64,000 nt of DNA from Neoconidiobolus thromboides FSU 785 (GCA_025603075.1 MU626365.1:1-64000); one strand, 5' to 3'; numbered from the stretch's first letter, positions 24,698-38,432 are shown. Translations and numbers: made by a program. The notes: generated by a model from the letters alone, not told the origin.

Positions 24698-27313
24698 TTA
24701 ATAACTACGGCCAAATAGAGCAAAACGTTTAGCATCTTTTTGACAAGCAACACATTTAGTTTCTCCTAGTACAATTGGTTTTTCACTTGGTTGTTCAAAT
24801 GGAATACAAAGAGATTTAGCTCCCATAGAAGGTGCTTTTTCATCTACTGGTTCATCACCTTGAGAACTAGTAAAAATAAAAATAAATGTTAATAAATATA
24901 TATATTATATATTATATTTGAATATAAAATTAATTTACCTCTTAGCACTTCTATCCTTAATATCTTCTTCACATTCTACTTCTTCACACCAAGGAATAAG
25001 TACCAATGATTTAGAATCTAAAGCAGGTACAAAATCTTCCCATTTTTCAACACGGATTACATGTTCATCATATTCTTTTTTGGCTTTATTAAACATATCC
25101 AAATGAATTGTATTTAATAATTCTGGAATCTTTGTTGATAATTCATCAACTAAAATAGATTCTTTTTTACCATTATCTCTTCTTACTGATAATGTTGATT
25201 TCTTGGCTAAATCCATTGGTCCAATTTCTAATCGAATTGGTACACCCTAGATTATTATTATTATTATTATTACGTAGTTATATTATAGAGTTAAATCTTA
25301 CTCTTAATTCCCAATGATTAAATTTATAACCTGGAGTATAATTATCTCTTAAATCAGCCTTGGCTCGAATACCAGCTTTTTTAAGAAGATCAACCACATT
25401 ATTAACACCTTCTTCTACATCCTTTCTTTCCTTTTCACTTGAAGTAACTTTAATACCACAAGGAATAACAATGACTTGAATACTAGCCACTTTAGGTGGA
25501 AGAACTAAACCTTTATCATCACCATGAACCATAACCATAACACCAATAGAACGAGTGGATATACCCCAAGAATTTTGCCAAACAAATAATTTTTTACTTT
25601 CTCCTTTATCTCCAGTAGAAGTTGGATCTTCCACTTCAATATTAAACATCTTTGAGAAATTTTGACCTAAACAATGAGAAGTAGCCCCTTGAATACCACG
25701 TCCAGTAGATGGGATAAAACCCTCACATGTGGTCGTATAATTACCTCCAGCAAATTTTTCTTTTTCTGATTTAACACCTTTGATAATTGGAACAGCTAAA
25801 TAATCTTCATAAATTTGTCGATATAATTCTAATATTTCCAAAACTTCTTTATCCGCTTCTTCCTTAGTTAAAAAGGCAGTATGTCCTTCTTGCCATAAAA
25901 ATTCTCTAGTACGAATAAATGGTTGGGGATTTTTAAATTCCCAACGTACTACACTATTCCACTGATTTAATCTTAATGGTAAATCACGATAACTTTGAAT
26001 CCATTTAGCGTAGTATGGGTACATCACTGTTTCCGATGTTGGACGAATAGCTACTGGTACTTCAAGTTCAGATTGACCACTGATGATTATGATTAACTCT
26101 GATATTTATTATTAAATTTATAAATAATTCCTTACGCTCTAGTAACCCAAGCTACTTCTGGAGCAAAACCTTCGATATGATCCTTTTCTTTTTCTAATAC
26201 TGTTTGAGAAACAAATAAGGGAAAATAAGCTGGTTCAACACCAAGTTCAGTAATTTCTTTATCAAAGAAAGCTATAATTATAAAATAAAATAAAATAAAA
26301 TAATTAGTATTTATTTTTATGTTATTATTTAAATTACCAGTAATATGTCTCCAAATATCATAGGACCAAGGTCTATAAATATAACAACCAGAAACATCAT
26401 AATAATCAATCATATCACTTTTAATTAATACCTATGATTATAGTAAAACAGAATATTAATGAATAATTATTTTAATTTTAAAATATAAATTTATATACTT
26501 ACTTGGCGATACCATTGAGCGAAATCTTCATCTTTTTTAACTTCAATACCGATTTTAGCTACGGATGAATCTATAATACTTTAATAAATACTTAGATCAT
26601 TTAAATTTATTAATTACCTTCTTCTTTTTGTTCTACTTTTTTAACTGGTTTACTATTATAATCATCCTCATTAAAACAAAACTCAAAATTTTAATTATGA
26701 AACTCTGTTACCTTTTAACTTGTTCCTTATTAGTAGTGGGGGCAGCAGCTTCCAATTGAGTTAAATCAACAGTAGTGTATTTAACTTCTTTTTCTTCCAA
26801 AAATTGGATAATTTGTTTTGAGGTAGCGAATACAGTGGTATCACTACTTTCCCCATGAAAAGCGAATAATTCTTCACTACTAATAAATTGCTGATCAATA
26901 GCAACTACTACGTTTGAAATTTGGTCTTTATCAACTTTAGCAATGGTGAAAGGAGAAACTAAAAGAAAAAGAAAAAATAGATGAGACCATTTTAACTACC
27001 AACATCTATTAAGTAAAAATCACTTACTAGTATCCTTATCTGCCTTAAAAATCTCACTCAATAAATCGCCTGAAGCCAAGCGCATTTCTTTAAACCCAAG
27101 AAATTTAGCCACGGCATTAGTATTAAATTGTGCAGTATCAATGGTAATAAAAACGATGGGTTGAACTGCTGCGTTCTTACCAGTTTTTGGTTTAAATACT
27201 AAAGTTTTGCTTAATTGATAGGAACTTGGTTGTTCAGTACTTGAAGAGATAGCAGTTTGCCATTCAGTTGGATTGGTGACAATGCTATGGGTTAATTTTT
27301 GGTAATCGGCCAT
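24698..27313 (-). CDS. Cytosolic prolyl-tRNA synthetase with N-terminal YbaK-like domain
   Basis: [10 protein letters not shown] (YbaK-like), [53 protein letters not shown]-terminal FALFGRSY*. Confidence 0.95.
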
Positions 27314-27982
27314 GCTAGTTAGTTAAATGTTAAGTTAACACTTTTAAAAAGAGAAAGTGATCGAGAAACTTGAGTTTATATAGGTTTCTTGACTTTTTGC
27401 GCTGCTTTTTAGAGTTGGTTTTGCAAAGTAAGCTGACATATTAGTCATCTGACTTTGGTTTCATTAGCTAATCCAAATTTCATTGGTAAATTAGATGGAG
27501 TTTGAATTTTATTTGTTAGGGCTATTCCATTTGTCAAAAAATAACTTCGGGGTTATTAGGATAATGAAAGTGATATAAAGCTGTTGCAATTCTATTGCGA
27601 CCTAATTAACTAGTCTTTTAAGTAATATATTTATGCTAGAATTTGATTCAAATATAAGATTGGGCTTTGAAAAAATGGCTATATAAGTATTTGCTTATAA
27701 AAATCAACGCTAAAAAAATCTTATAAAGTTACAATTGTAGTAACAAAAATAATAAATGGTATATACTTATTTACATAAACTTGTTTATACTAAATGACTC
27801 ATTCAACTACGTATAATAACACAAGCATTTACCCTTATTTCCTATAAAAGCATCAAGGTTTTTTTAAAATAGATGATAACTTATAGTTGATTATAATTTT
27901 AAACAAAAATATATTAATATTTTAGCTAAAAACATATTTTCAATGTATATTTGTTTTTCTATGGATGAAACGCAACAAAAAA

Positions 27983-28056
27983 GCTCGTATGGCGCAATTG
28001 GCTAGCGCGTCCGACTGTTAATCGGGAGGTTACTGGTTCGATCCCAGTTATGAGCG
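27983..28056 (+). tRNA. tRNA-Asn(GTT)
   Basis: Identical to 9205-9278. Confidence 0.97.
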
Positions 28057-28306
28057 ACTTTGGAACCTTTAAACAAAGGTTAGCTTTTTATTGCTAAATA
28101 ATTTTTAGGCGTATAGCGATGGACAAAATAGAGTTTTTAGTTGACATCTTTTTAATAATATTTTATTGGTTAGTATACTAACATATCAAGCTATTAATAT
28201 ACAAACATCATTTAACTACTGAATCAAATTCATCAGATAATCAAAATTTAAAAACATATAAAAAACGTAATACTTTTTTATTTAAAAACTCTATGTTAAT
28301 AATCTA

Positions 28307-30722
28307 TTATTTTTTCTTGCTCAATTTAGTAGTAAATGTACCACTAGCGAACTCAGAATTAGGATCGAGTAATCTCTTTGAAGTTGTTGATGCATAAGAT
28401 CGGACTCTCTTTTTACCACTCTCTTCCTGCTTATCATTGGATTTAGATGAATGAATAGCTGAAGATGGCGCTTCTCTTAAACCAAAACTTTTAGCAATAT
28501 GGCCATAGTGTAATTTTTTAACATGGAAAATCGATTTTTCACTTGCTGGATGGGTGGCATAGGCACGGATATTAGAGATATATGCTTTGCGGGCTTGTTT
28601 TTGAATCTACAAAAGTTAAATAAATGATTTATAAAAAATTAAGATTAAATAATATTACCTCGCTATCATTCAATACCAATTTTTCAAATGAATTTTGATA
28701 AATAGTAGCAGCCACTTGATAATCCTTTGTTACTTTATCGGTTAAAGCTTTTAAATTATCTTCTAAAGATCTTGGTTTAAGGAAAATTTTAATACTTTTC
28801 AATATATTAATATAATCCATTTCTGAAGGTAATAAGAATAAAATAGCATCACCACCCTTTCCAAGTCGGGCTGTTCTACCTACTCTATGAACATAATCTT
28901 TAACATCTGTTGGCGGATCAAACTGAATAATTTGTCCTACTTTAGGCATATCTAATCCACGAGCTGCTACATCAGTACATAATAATACGCCATGTTCTAA
29001 ATTTGAAAATTGTTTAAAGGATGCAGTACGTGAGGCTTGATCCATATTTCCATGTAATTTGCAAATAGCTAAATTATCTAATAAGGGACTAAGATTTTCT
29101 TTAGTAGTATCTGGTCTCTCTATATCTTCATCATAATCCTCATTTTGTAATTCGGCTTTACAAAATAATTGGTGATAAAAATCCACTTGCTCACAAGTTA
29201 ACATAAATACAACTAATTTACCCATTTTATTGGCTACTGCTTTTTTGAATAATGAAGTTAATGCAACTAATCGAAGTTTAGCTGGGACAGCCATATAACT
29301 TTGAGTAAGCTGTTGAGGTGTTGAAAATGAAGTTTTCTTTTCCCCTTCTTCTTCATCAGAGTCGTCAGAATCAGCATCTGAATCTTGATTCGAACCAGAA
29401 CCAGTTAAATGAATAGGATCACTTAATGAATATTCTGCTAATTTTTGAACGGCACTATTCAATGTGGCAGAAACTAAAACTGTTTGTCTTACCTTTGGTA
29501 AATGATGACTATTCCAAAACCAATTACCACGTTGAACTGAATTAAAATTGGCATTGTATCTGCCTTGTCTTTCAGCTAATACATTAAAAATGTTTTTTAA
29601 TGTTTCTTGAAGCCCCAATTCTAAAAATCGATCCCCTTCATCTAATACTATCCATTTTAGTCGATTTACTTCCATACTCTTTGTGTTTTGTAAGTGATCT
29701 AAAAATCGACCTGGGGTTGCTATTAATATATTTACTCCTTTACGTAACCGACTCTTTTCACTACTTTTCTTTTCTCCTCCAACAACTAAACCTGGTACAA
29801 TCCAATGATATCGATGTACTTCATCATCAGATGTAATGGGATAATTTAGTAATATATTTAAAACATCATAAATTTGCTTGGCTAACTCTCTAGTAGGTGC
29901 TAAAACAACGGATATCAATCCACTCATTCTGCCAGGCTTAAATGAATCTGGGGGATTAATCGCGCCAGATGCTTTGATTAAACTATTGACAATAGGTAAT
30001 AAAAAAGCCAATGTTTTACCAGACCCAGTTTGGGCTTGAACGATAACATCCTTATTTAAATTGTAATTAAAAAAAGAAATGGTTTTACTTTGTACTACTG
30101 TTGGTTTATTGACTTTCATTTTACCTTTTAAATGATTACATAATGCTTTATCCAAACCTAATACTGAAAATGAAGTTGCATTGATAACTACCCCGTTACT
30201 CGATTTTTGTAATTCACTTGATTGGGTTTTTAGATGTTCTTTATCTACTACTGGATTCTTGGTGAATAAAGAAGACTCTATTGTCTTTTTGCTTACTTCA
30301 GTGCTCTTCTCAGTGACTTTCTCATTATTCTTTTCAGCATTTCTCTCAGCTCGATCAAAGATATCTAACTCAGAGTCTTCATCAGAATTGTGCACTGGAA
30401 CCACTTGAGTTGCTCTTGGCTTAATTTGTCTTTTATTCTGAACAATTCTAGGTTGTAGCACCGTCTTATTTGGGTTCAATGAAGCAATTGGTTTTGTAAC
30501 AGTTCTTAATAACTCTTCAGGCGGTAAAAATTTATCTGGGATCGGATTATTTGCTGGTCTCTTTACCTCTCTAACAATGCCTGCTTTCTTTTGTAATTGA
30601 AGCTTCTGCTTTCTTTTCTCTCTCCATGTACCTTTTAACTTTGAGTTATCAATCGATTTCTTATTACCTCCTGAAGAACTATCAACTCCTGCTATATTTA
30701 ATATTAAACCATCATTTTCCAT
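28307..30722 (-). CDS. DBP7: DEAD-box RNA helicase Dbp7 (2 exons)
   Basis: [44 protein letters not shown]; last exon IRAYATHP...[16 protein letters not shown]. Confidence 0.92.
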
Positions 30723-31187
30723 CTTCTATTTGAATAAAAATAGAGTTTAACTTTTAGGTTCAAAATAGATTTTAGTTTTTTAGAAAAATGTTTATTTTTT
30801 AACTTCAGTTTTCTGGAAATTCAAGGTTTCTGGGGTTTTAAAATTTTAAAAATTTTATCCTTACAATTTTATTCTCCAATATTTTCAATATCATTAATCG
30901 TCATTTATATACCATCTAGCTTTAATTTAAATGTTTAAATATTATACAAACATAATTTATAAATGTTTATCAAAGAAGTAATATATTAATATCAAATTTT
31001 TAAACAAATTAATACTCTGCCTAATCAAAACTCTTATTTTCTATGGTAAAATCTTAAATAGTTGGTACAAACTTTAATTATCACTTTCAGCAGTATATTT
31101 TAATCCTATTTTACTAAATATTGAGAAGACAGGAGCTGACATATTAGGTATTGTTAAAAGTAATAGAGTTTTCTAATTGAAAAAAAG

Positions 31188-31291
31188 ATATGGAGATGTA
31201 TTTTGTATTTAAGAATTTTACTAACAAAATTTCTGCTCAAATAGTATTTGAAGGATAGAAAAAGTAACGAAGCAAAAAAAACACCTCTATG
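31188..31291 (-). mobile_element. MITE copy
   Basis: ATAT|GGAGATGTATTTTG...GCTCAAATAG...AAAAAAACACCTC. Confidence 0.8.
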
Positions 31292-31403
31292 TTACTATTT
31301 ACAACTTTAAGTTTAATTTTTAGTTTAAAATAAAAATTGTTTATATAATGTAGATTTACTGTTGCTATTCTATACCTCTATGATATTCTAAACTTATTCC
31401 ACT

Positions 31404-31509
31404 ATATGGGAATGTATTCTTTTGTAGAATTCTTTTACTAGCAATCTTTCCGCTCAAATACCCCCTAAAAAATCGAAAAAGTAATGAAATCAAGAAAACA
31501 TCCCCATAT
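31404..31509 (-). mobile_element. MITE copy
   Basis: ATAT|GGGAATG...CCGCTCAAATA...AACATCCCC|ATAT. Confidence 0.82.
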
Positions 31510-31719
31510 TTTGAAATCAATTTCATCAATAAATACCATTCCAGGGATAATATAGCATTCGTTTTATTGGCTTAATAAGAGCAATATGATTGGACTGGAA
31601 TGAACCTTGGTTATTGACCAATAAAGTAGAGGCTTAACGAGACATCAACATGTCTATAATGATTTGAAAAATTAAATTCCAAGTATTTCTTGTCAAATTT
31701 CAATATTAGATCCAGAAAT

Positions 31720-32777
31720 ATGAATCCAATGGAAGGAAACCATACTGAGGAAATGCGAAATAAATTATATTTGGATAATTTTTATGTTAAAATGGGTACA
31801 TTTAACAGTATCTTATTTTATTTTTATCATAATATTTTTATTTTAGATGGCAAATATATTAAAAAACCAGTAAATGAAGAGCTTGAAAAAATGCTAACTA
31901 ATGTGGATATGGAACAACGAATAAATATGCCATTTACAACGGAAATCGGTTATACTGTGGAAGAAGGAGATACAATATCAGCTGAAGAAATTGCAGAAGA
32001 AAGAGTTTGTAAACGTTTTGAAAAATATAATGCAGAAGATACTTTTATTGAGTTTGATAGTAACTTTATATATTGTTCTTGTTTTTATTAATGTTATCTT
32101 TTTATTACTAAAGATGGTGACGAGGACGATGGCGATGAGTTTGATTTATTGAATATTGAAATGCCCAAGATTTGTTCATCGGATATTGAATTTAGTGAAA
32201 GCGAATTTGATGTTTCAGCTGTTGCTAGAAGTATTAGCTTAGAAAGAAAATCAGAAGTGTCAGAAGAAGACTATTCAAGGAATTCAGGATTTGATGATAT
32301 TTTAAACAGTAATGATAATGATGAAAGTGTCAATAGCATTGTTATCAAAAATAGTGACCGTACTAAGCATAAGACAATAAGTAGTACACCCAAGAAGAGA
32401 GATAATCAAGATACGCCGAGTAAAAGCTCAGACATTTGTGAAAATAATGAAATTAAGAATTCACAACTACTTGATGAACTAATAATAACAAATGAAAATG
32501 AGGGTAAAAGTTTAGATAATATAAACCTAGATGATTTTAATTCCATTTATAAAAGTTTTTTTACATCAAGGGGAGAGAAACCCACTCTTAGTTCAAATGG
32601 CAGGTTCATTTAATCTTTCAATATTTTTATATTTCTATTTTATTATTATTGTCTTTCATATGCTTCTTTTTAAATAAATATTTTTATATGCTATACATGG
32701 CTTTGATTTTAGTTTTAGTTTTTATCATATTTATATTTATTAATCTTAGATTAGAAATTATACTATTATCAAAGTGA
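31720..32777 (+). CDS. Hypothetical acidic, low-complexity protein (about 4 exons; 3' end uncertain)
   Basis: ORF pieces 31690-32091 and 32149-32613 join in frame through GT-AG introns; D/E/S-rich; no family recognised. Confidence 0.5.
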
Positions 32778-33067
32778 TAGTAGATAGTAATAGAATCTCG
32801 TCCTAATTCGGTGAATTGGGAACATGATTCTTGAACTCATTACTCTTAAGATATACTCAACGAAAAACATGCTTAACTCTAAAATAAAGTCCTTTTTTTA
32901 TCACAATAAAATATAGTAGTACCCCTATAATAGAGTCAATGATTTTAAAAAACACCGTTTTAATTCTACGTCCATACTGAAAGATGGGATTATACAAGAA
33001 GTTTAATATACTAAAGAATGTTAATGTAAAATATGGAAAGAACTCAAAAATTTTAAAAAGCTTTTAA

Positions 33068-33159
33068 CAAATCAGGATGTATTTTTTGTTTAAGAATTTT
33101 ACTAACGACCTTTCTACTCAAATAGTACTTAACAAAGTGATGAAAAAAACATCCCAAAT
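33068..33159 (-). mobile_element. Degenerate MITE copy with AAAT on both flanks
   Basis: AAAT|CAGGATGTATTTTT...AAACATCCC|AAAT; internal deletion. Confidence 0.7.
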
Positions 33160-33240
33160 GTTTTCATTGATAGGAGATTAAACCTTTTTTTGACTTCATC
33201 AAAACTTGAACTATGGACTTAAGTTAGAATTAATATCAAC

Positions 33241-33345
33241 ATATGGGGATGTATTTTTGTGTTTAAGGATTTTACTAATAAATTTTCCGCTTAAATAGTG
33301 CTTAAAAATGGAAGAAATAATGAAGTCAAAAAAACACTCCCATAT
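33241..33345 (-). mobile_element. MITE copy close to consensus
   Basis: ATAT|GGGGATGTATTTTT...AAAAAAACACTCCC|ATAT; 97 bp between the ATAT repeats. Confidence 0.88.
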
Positions 33346-34262
33346 TGATTTATTCTAGCAAAAGCACTAAAAATCACATTCAAAAAATTAAAAAATTCGA
33401 GTTATAAATGGGCATAAAACTGACTTTAAATATCAAAAAATTCATTTCAATTCCAAAACCAAATTTAATAATCTAAAACACCACCCTCTATTCGTCATTT
33501 CTTCATAATAAAAAACCTCCTATTACTCCCTTGTATTATTTATCACTTAACATCTATTCCCTACTGATTAATATATATCATTTAGAACTTTGAGCTTAAT
33601 AAGCAATATTGAACATCAGACTTAGTTCTTTATTGATTTATTTTAAATCACTAAAAATTTATTAATAGAAAACAATGTAAAATCAAGCCCCAAAAAATCA
33701 GGGTATAGAGGATTGGCCAATGGGAAGTTAAGAATGGATCAATGGGGTTGTGATTGAATAAGATTGAAAATGGAAATGATTTTTGGAATAATAAAAGGAA
33801 GATCGGATAATGAGATGATAAGAAAATGAGGAAGGCAAAAAGAATGGACGGATAGTTCGGGATGAAGATTTTGAGCTTGAACAATTAATTTATAAAAACA
33901 AACAGCTATTTAAGAATTCAAATTACCTGGAACTTATCGTAAAAATTGAATTTGTCATTTAGCTGTCATTTGTGTCATTTCTGTCATCTTAAGTCTAAAG
34001 ATTTTGCCTTGATTTAATTATTAGTTAAATTACTAAATTTAGTTCCAACTTAAAAAATAATTAAGCGAATAGTTGTTAATTGTTAAAAATAAAGTGATAT
34101 TCTTGGATTAGTAATTCATAATTTTGAAGTTTTTTGATTAATAATAATGCTTTTTAGCATACAAAGCTTTTTTATTTATTATAAATACAAATACAAAAGT
34201 CGATTCTAGTTGATTTTATTTATTATCTTGATTTAAATTGAAACTTACAATAACGAATTACA

Positions 34263-35815
34263 ATGGAAGATAATAGTTATAATAAACTACCAACAACTAT
34301 CGATACAGTCATTATAGGAAATGGACCAAGTTCAATATTTTTATCTTATCTATTAAGCGGATTTGAAGCTTATTACAAACCAATTAAACAAACAAATAGA
34401 TACATTGATGATATTAATCCACAACTATTATCTCAGCTTTTGAAATACCAAGATGTTCCATTATTTAATACACAACAAAGCTTACTTGAGTTAACTAATA
34501 TAGCAACGAATTATTTTGTAGATAATAATAACAATAATAATCCATTATCTAGTATGTTAGATTTTTTATTACATCCTATGGCGGATATGGAGCCTGAGTT
34601 TCCGGAAATGATACATTGGAAAAAGAAAAAATCAGACAAAGTCGACCATATTGTATTAGGAAAAGGACAAATTGGCGGAGTTTGGGGAGAATTAAATTAC
34701 TCTAATATGAAAGCTTTAAGGTGATTAGCTCTCTATAAACTTATTTATTCATTTAACTTATAAACTTTAGTATTCATCCTTTCCTTCAATTACCAGGGTT
34801 GAGCTTTGAAGAATATAGAAATAGGATGGACATGTTGGATAATGAAGATCGACCTATTCGGTCGGAAGTTTCTAGCTATTTTAAATATTATGTCCAATAT
34901 CATAGATTAGAAAATAATTTTAGAAATAATATCGAAGTAACTCAAGTTATTAATGTTAAAGATGTAATGAATTTTAAATATTGTCAATGTCACAATAATA
35001 ATAATAATAATGAAAAGTGTCCAAAATATGGAAACTATAATTATGTTATTAAAGGAATCATACGTAGTGAAAATAATCAAAAAATTGAGAAATTTCAAAT
35101 GTTATGTAAAAATGTAGTCATTGCTTCTGGAGTTTATAATCAGCCATTGAGTTTAAATATTCCTGGTTTATTAGATGAACGTGTTTTTTATAAAGTTAAT
35201 GAATTAAATAATCAGATTAATAATAATAATAATAATAATCAATTACCAGCATTAATAATAGGTAGTGGATTATCAGCAGCAGATGCTATATTAGAATTAA
35301 AAAAGAAAAATATACCAATTATACATTTTACATATTCATTACAACATTACAAAAACAAAAATAAAAAACATCCGTTAGCTAATTGTTGGAAAGAAGATTA
35401 TCCAGAATATTATTCTATTTATAAAACAATTAAAAATAATCAAGACAATAATAATATTGATAATAACTATCAATTATATCATGATATAACAATATTATCT
35501 ATGAAATATAATAATGATTCAATAGCTGTTAAATTTGTTAATAATAGTAACAAAGAATATGAAATTCAGGTTCAATTATGTGGTATCTTTATTGGATGGG
35601 AAAAAACGATACCTTATTTAAGTGGAAGATTATTGAATCAATTAGATGAAAATATAATCTCTAATTTAAAAACTAAAAGTAATCAACTTAATACTAAAGA
35701 TAACAATAGTCAATTACAAGGTATGTTTGCAATAGGTTCCATTGTTTCCTCCAATTTTATTCGACATTTATTAGTGTCTTGCTTAATTGCTAATGCTCAA
35801 ATAAGACAACATTAA
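34263..35815 (+). CDS. OSGIN1/2-like FAD-dependent oxidoreductase (2 exons)
   Basis: VIIGNGPSSIFLSYLLSG, PLSSMLDFLLHP, HIVLGKGQIGGVW, VVIASG, second dinucleotide motif IIGSGLSAADAI, terminal GMFAIGSIVSSNFIRHL. Confidence 0.75.
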
Positions 35816-35995
35816 TTTATTACAATATGATTTTCTTTATTGCTTGTTTTATTGTTTTATTTATTGTTTAATTTTCTATCGTTAAAAATAAAAATGTTTT
35901 TTTAAACCAATGAAATTACTGATAATTTCATATTTATTTTTTATTCAATTCTTTTATTCTTTATTTTTGTTCCTTTTTATAAAAGACTTCAATAA

Positions 35996-38368
35996 ATGAG
36001 TAATAATCAAAATATATTGATTGATGCTATTAATCAAAATAGTTTAAAATGGAAAGGTAAATAATAACAATAATAATGATAATATATTTGTAACGATAAA
36101 GATAATAATAATATATTTATAATAACAATTTAATTTAGAATTTAATTTACAAAGTCAACAGCTGGATTTAGAAGAATACAATCAACAAATATTGGAAGAG
36201 AATGAGCAAGTCAAAAATTCACGTAAACAATTAGCCGAGAAAACAAAGGAATTTCGAAAATTAAGAGATGAAGAGAAGCTAATTCAATTAAAACAATTAT
36301 TAAAAGGATATCAAGAAGAGATAGATAATTTGACTAAAAAAAATAAAAGTAAAGAAAGTAAACTATTAACATTCTATCAACATATGCTAGAATTAACGGA
36401 TCCGGTACCTATTTTTAATAAAATTAATGAGGAATTAAAAGATAATTTAACGTTGAAGAGACAAGCTGATGAATATAAAAAAAAGAATGAAGAGTTAAGT
36501 CTTGAATTGACATTAGAAAAGAAAAAACAAGGGGAATTTGATACCATCCTTATTAATCAAATAGCTCAAAAAGAATATTCTTTGAAAAGTGAAATGGAAA
36601 TTCAACAACGGGAGCATCTACTAAAAGAAAGTGAAATGAAAAAAGAAATTGATAATTTAAATCAACAATTAAATTTCATAAATAAAAATCAAGCATTAAA
36701 ACAACAGCAATTAATTGAAAGTTTTAATATGGAAAACGAAAAAGCAGATAATCAAATGTCTCAACTAGAATTTATTATGAATCAAATGGAAGAAATTAAA
36801 GATCAAAATTATCAGTTAAGTAGGGAAAATGAAAACTTAAAGAAAACGTTGAATGAAAATAATAATGACATTAATAATAAAATTGAAAGGGAAGTAGTTA
36901 ATGGAGATAATACGATTATTGTTAAAGAATTAAATAATAAAATTGAAAATCAAGCTATTGAAATTAATAACTTAATTAAAGAAATTGAAAAACATCAATC
37001 ACAATTCAATAAAAATAAACAATTAAATGAGCAAAGCATTATTGAGTTGAAAGATCAATTGAATACGCAAGTAAGTAAATTAATGATATAATATAATAAT
37101 AATAATAATAAGATATTAATATTTTATATATAGATTCAACAAAATCAAAATTTAAGCGAAAAATTAAATTCAATGAAAGACTATGAACAAATTAAAAAAG
37201 AATTAAATTTATTAAAAGTAAGTATTGAGAAATAATTTCTACAAAACACTAATAACACATAATCTACTTAACATAGGACATTGAATTTCCGGAATATAAA
37301 GAAGACACAGACATGACTTCAAGTCCAACGGAAAATATTGATTCCAAAGAAGAAATATTACAGAAAATGGTAAAAAAACAACAACAATTACAAAATGAAT
37401 CAATAAAATATAAAAATGAATTAAAAAATCAAGAAAAAGAAAATCAAATAAACAAAGAATTAATAATACAAAAGGATGAATTGATTATACAAAAAGAGAA
37501 ATTGATAAAGAAATTAGAACAAGATTTAGTCACATTAAACAATCAAAATAATCAGAGTGATAATGATAATGATAAGGTAAAACGATTTTTTATAATCTTA
37601 TTTTAATAATATAATTATTCTTAATATTATCTTAGTCTAATCTTCCTTTGTCACCCACGATCAATAATAATAAAGAACATTTAATTCCTATTTTAAGTCA
37701 GCAACGAGACCGATATCGAAGTCGAAATATGGAACTAGAAGAAGAAATTCGAAAAATAATGGAACAAAAAAAAGAAATGGATTATCAATATCAAGAATTA
37801 AATTTAGAGAATATGAAATTATATGAACAAATTAAATATCAAAAACAATATAGTAATCAAGAAGGTAGTAAAAGCAGTGGAAATAGAGGGAATGATTATG
37901 CTATGATAGATATGCATGGAGTTAACAAAAAATATGACCAAATGTTAGATGATAGGGAAAATCCATTTGTTAAATTTAAGTTGAAGGTAAAATTATTATT
38001 ATTATTATTATTATACAATAGAATATAGAATATGGGGATATGTTTTTTTGTTTAAGAATTTTACTTATAGTCTTTTCACTCAAATAACGCTCAAAATAGA
38101 AAAAATATGAAACTAAAAAAAATACCCCCATATACTGAATACCTAAATATACAATAGAATAATAATATATTAATATATTTATTTAATCTAGGAAGAAAAT
38201 CGACGATATCAAACATTAAATAGTATGGATCGATTAGCATTATCAATTACCAAATTGTTTTTAACTAATTATATAACAAGAGCTATTTTATTATGTTATT
38301 TATTATGTTTACATGCTTTGATTTTAATTTTAATTTATAATTTTATTCAAATTAATGATGAAAAATAA
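35996..38368 (+). CDS. COY1: Golgi coiled-coil protein CASP/Coy1
   Basis: SRKQLAEKTKEFRK, LLKGYQEEIDNLT, LIPILSQQRDRYRSRNMELEE, ENMKLYEQIKY; C-terminal TM helix RAILLCYLLCLHALI. Confidence 0.9.
38030..38133 (-). mobile_element. MITE copy inside the last COY1 intron
   Basis: ATAT|GGGGATATG...AATACCCCC|ATAT within the intron at about 37987-38191. Confidence 0.82.
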
Positions 38369-38432
38369 TAAATAAAGAAACTAAAATTGTTTATTTATAT
38401 CGTTATTATTATATTTTTATTAAATATTATTA

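Noticed and set aside
33651-33884. 77-aa minus-strand ORF; also GGGGCTT resembling RNase MRP CR-V
   Set aside because: Non-ATG start and composition driven by CT-richness; no matching CR-I motif upstream.
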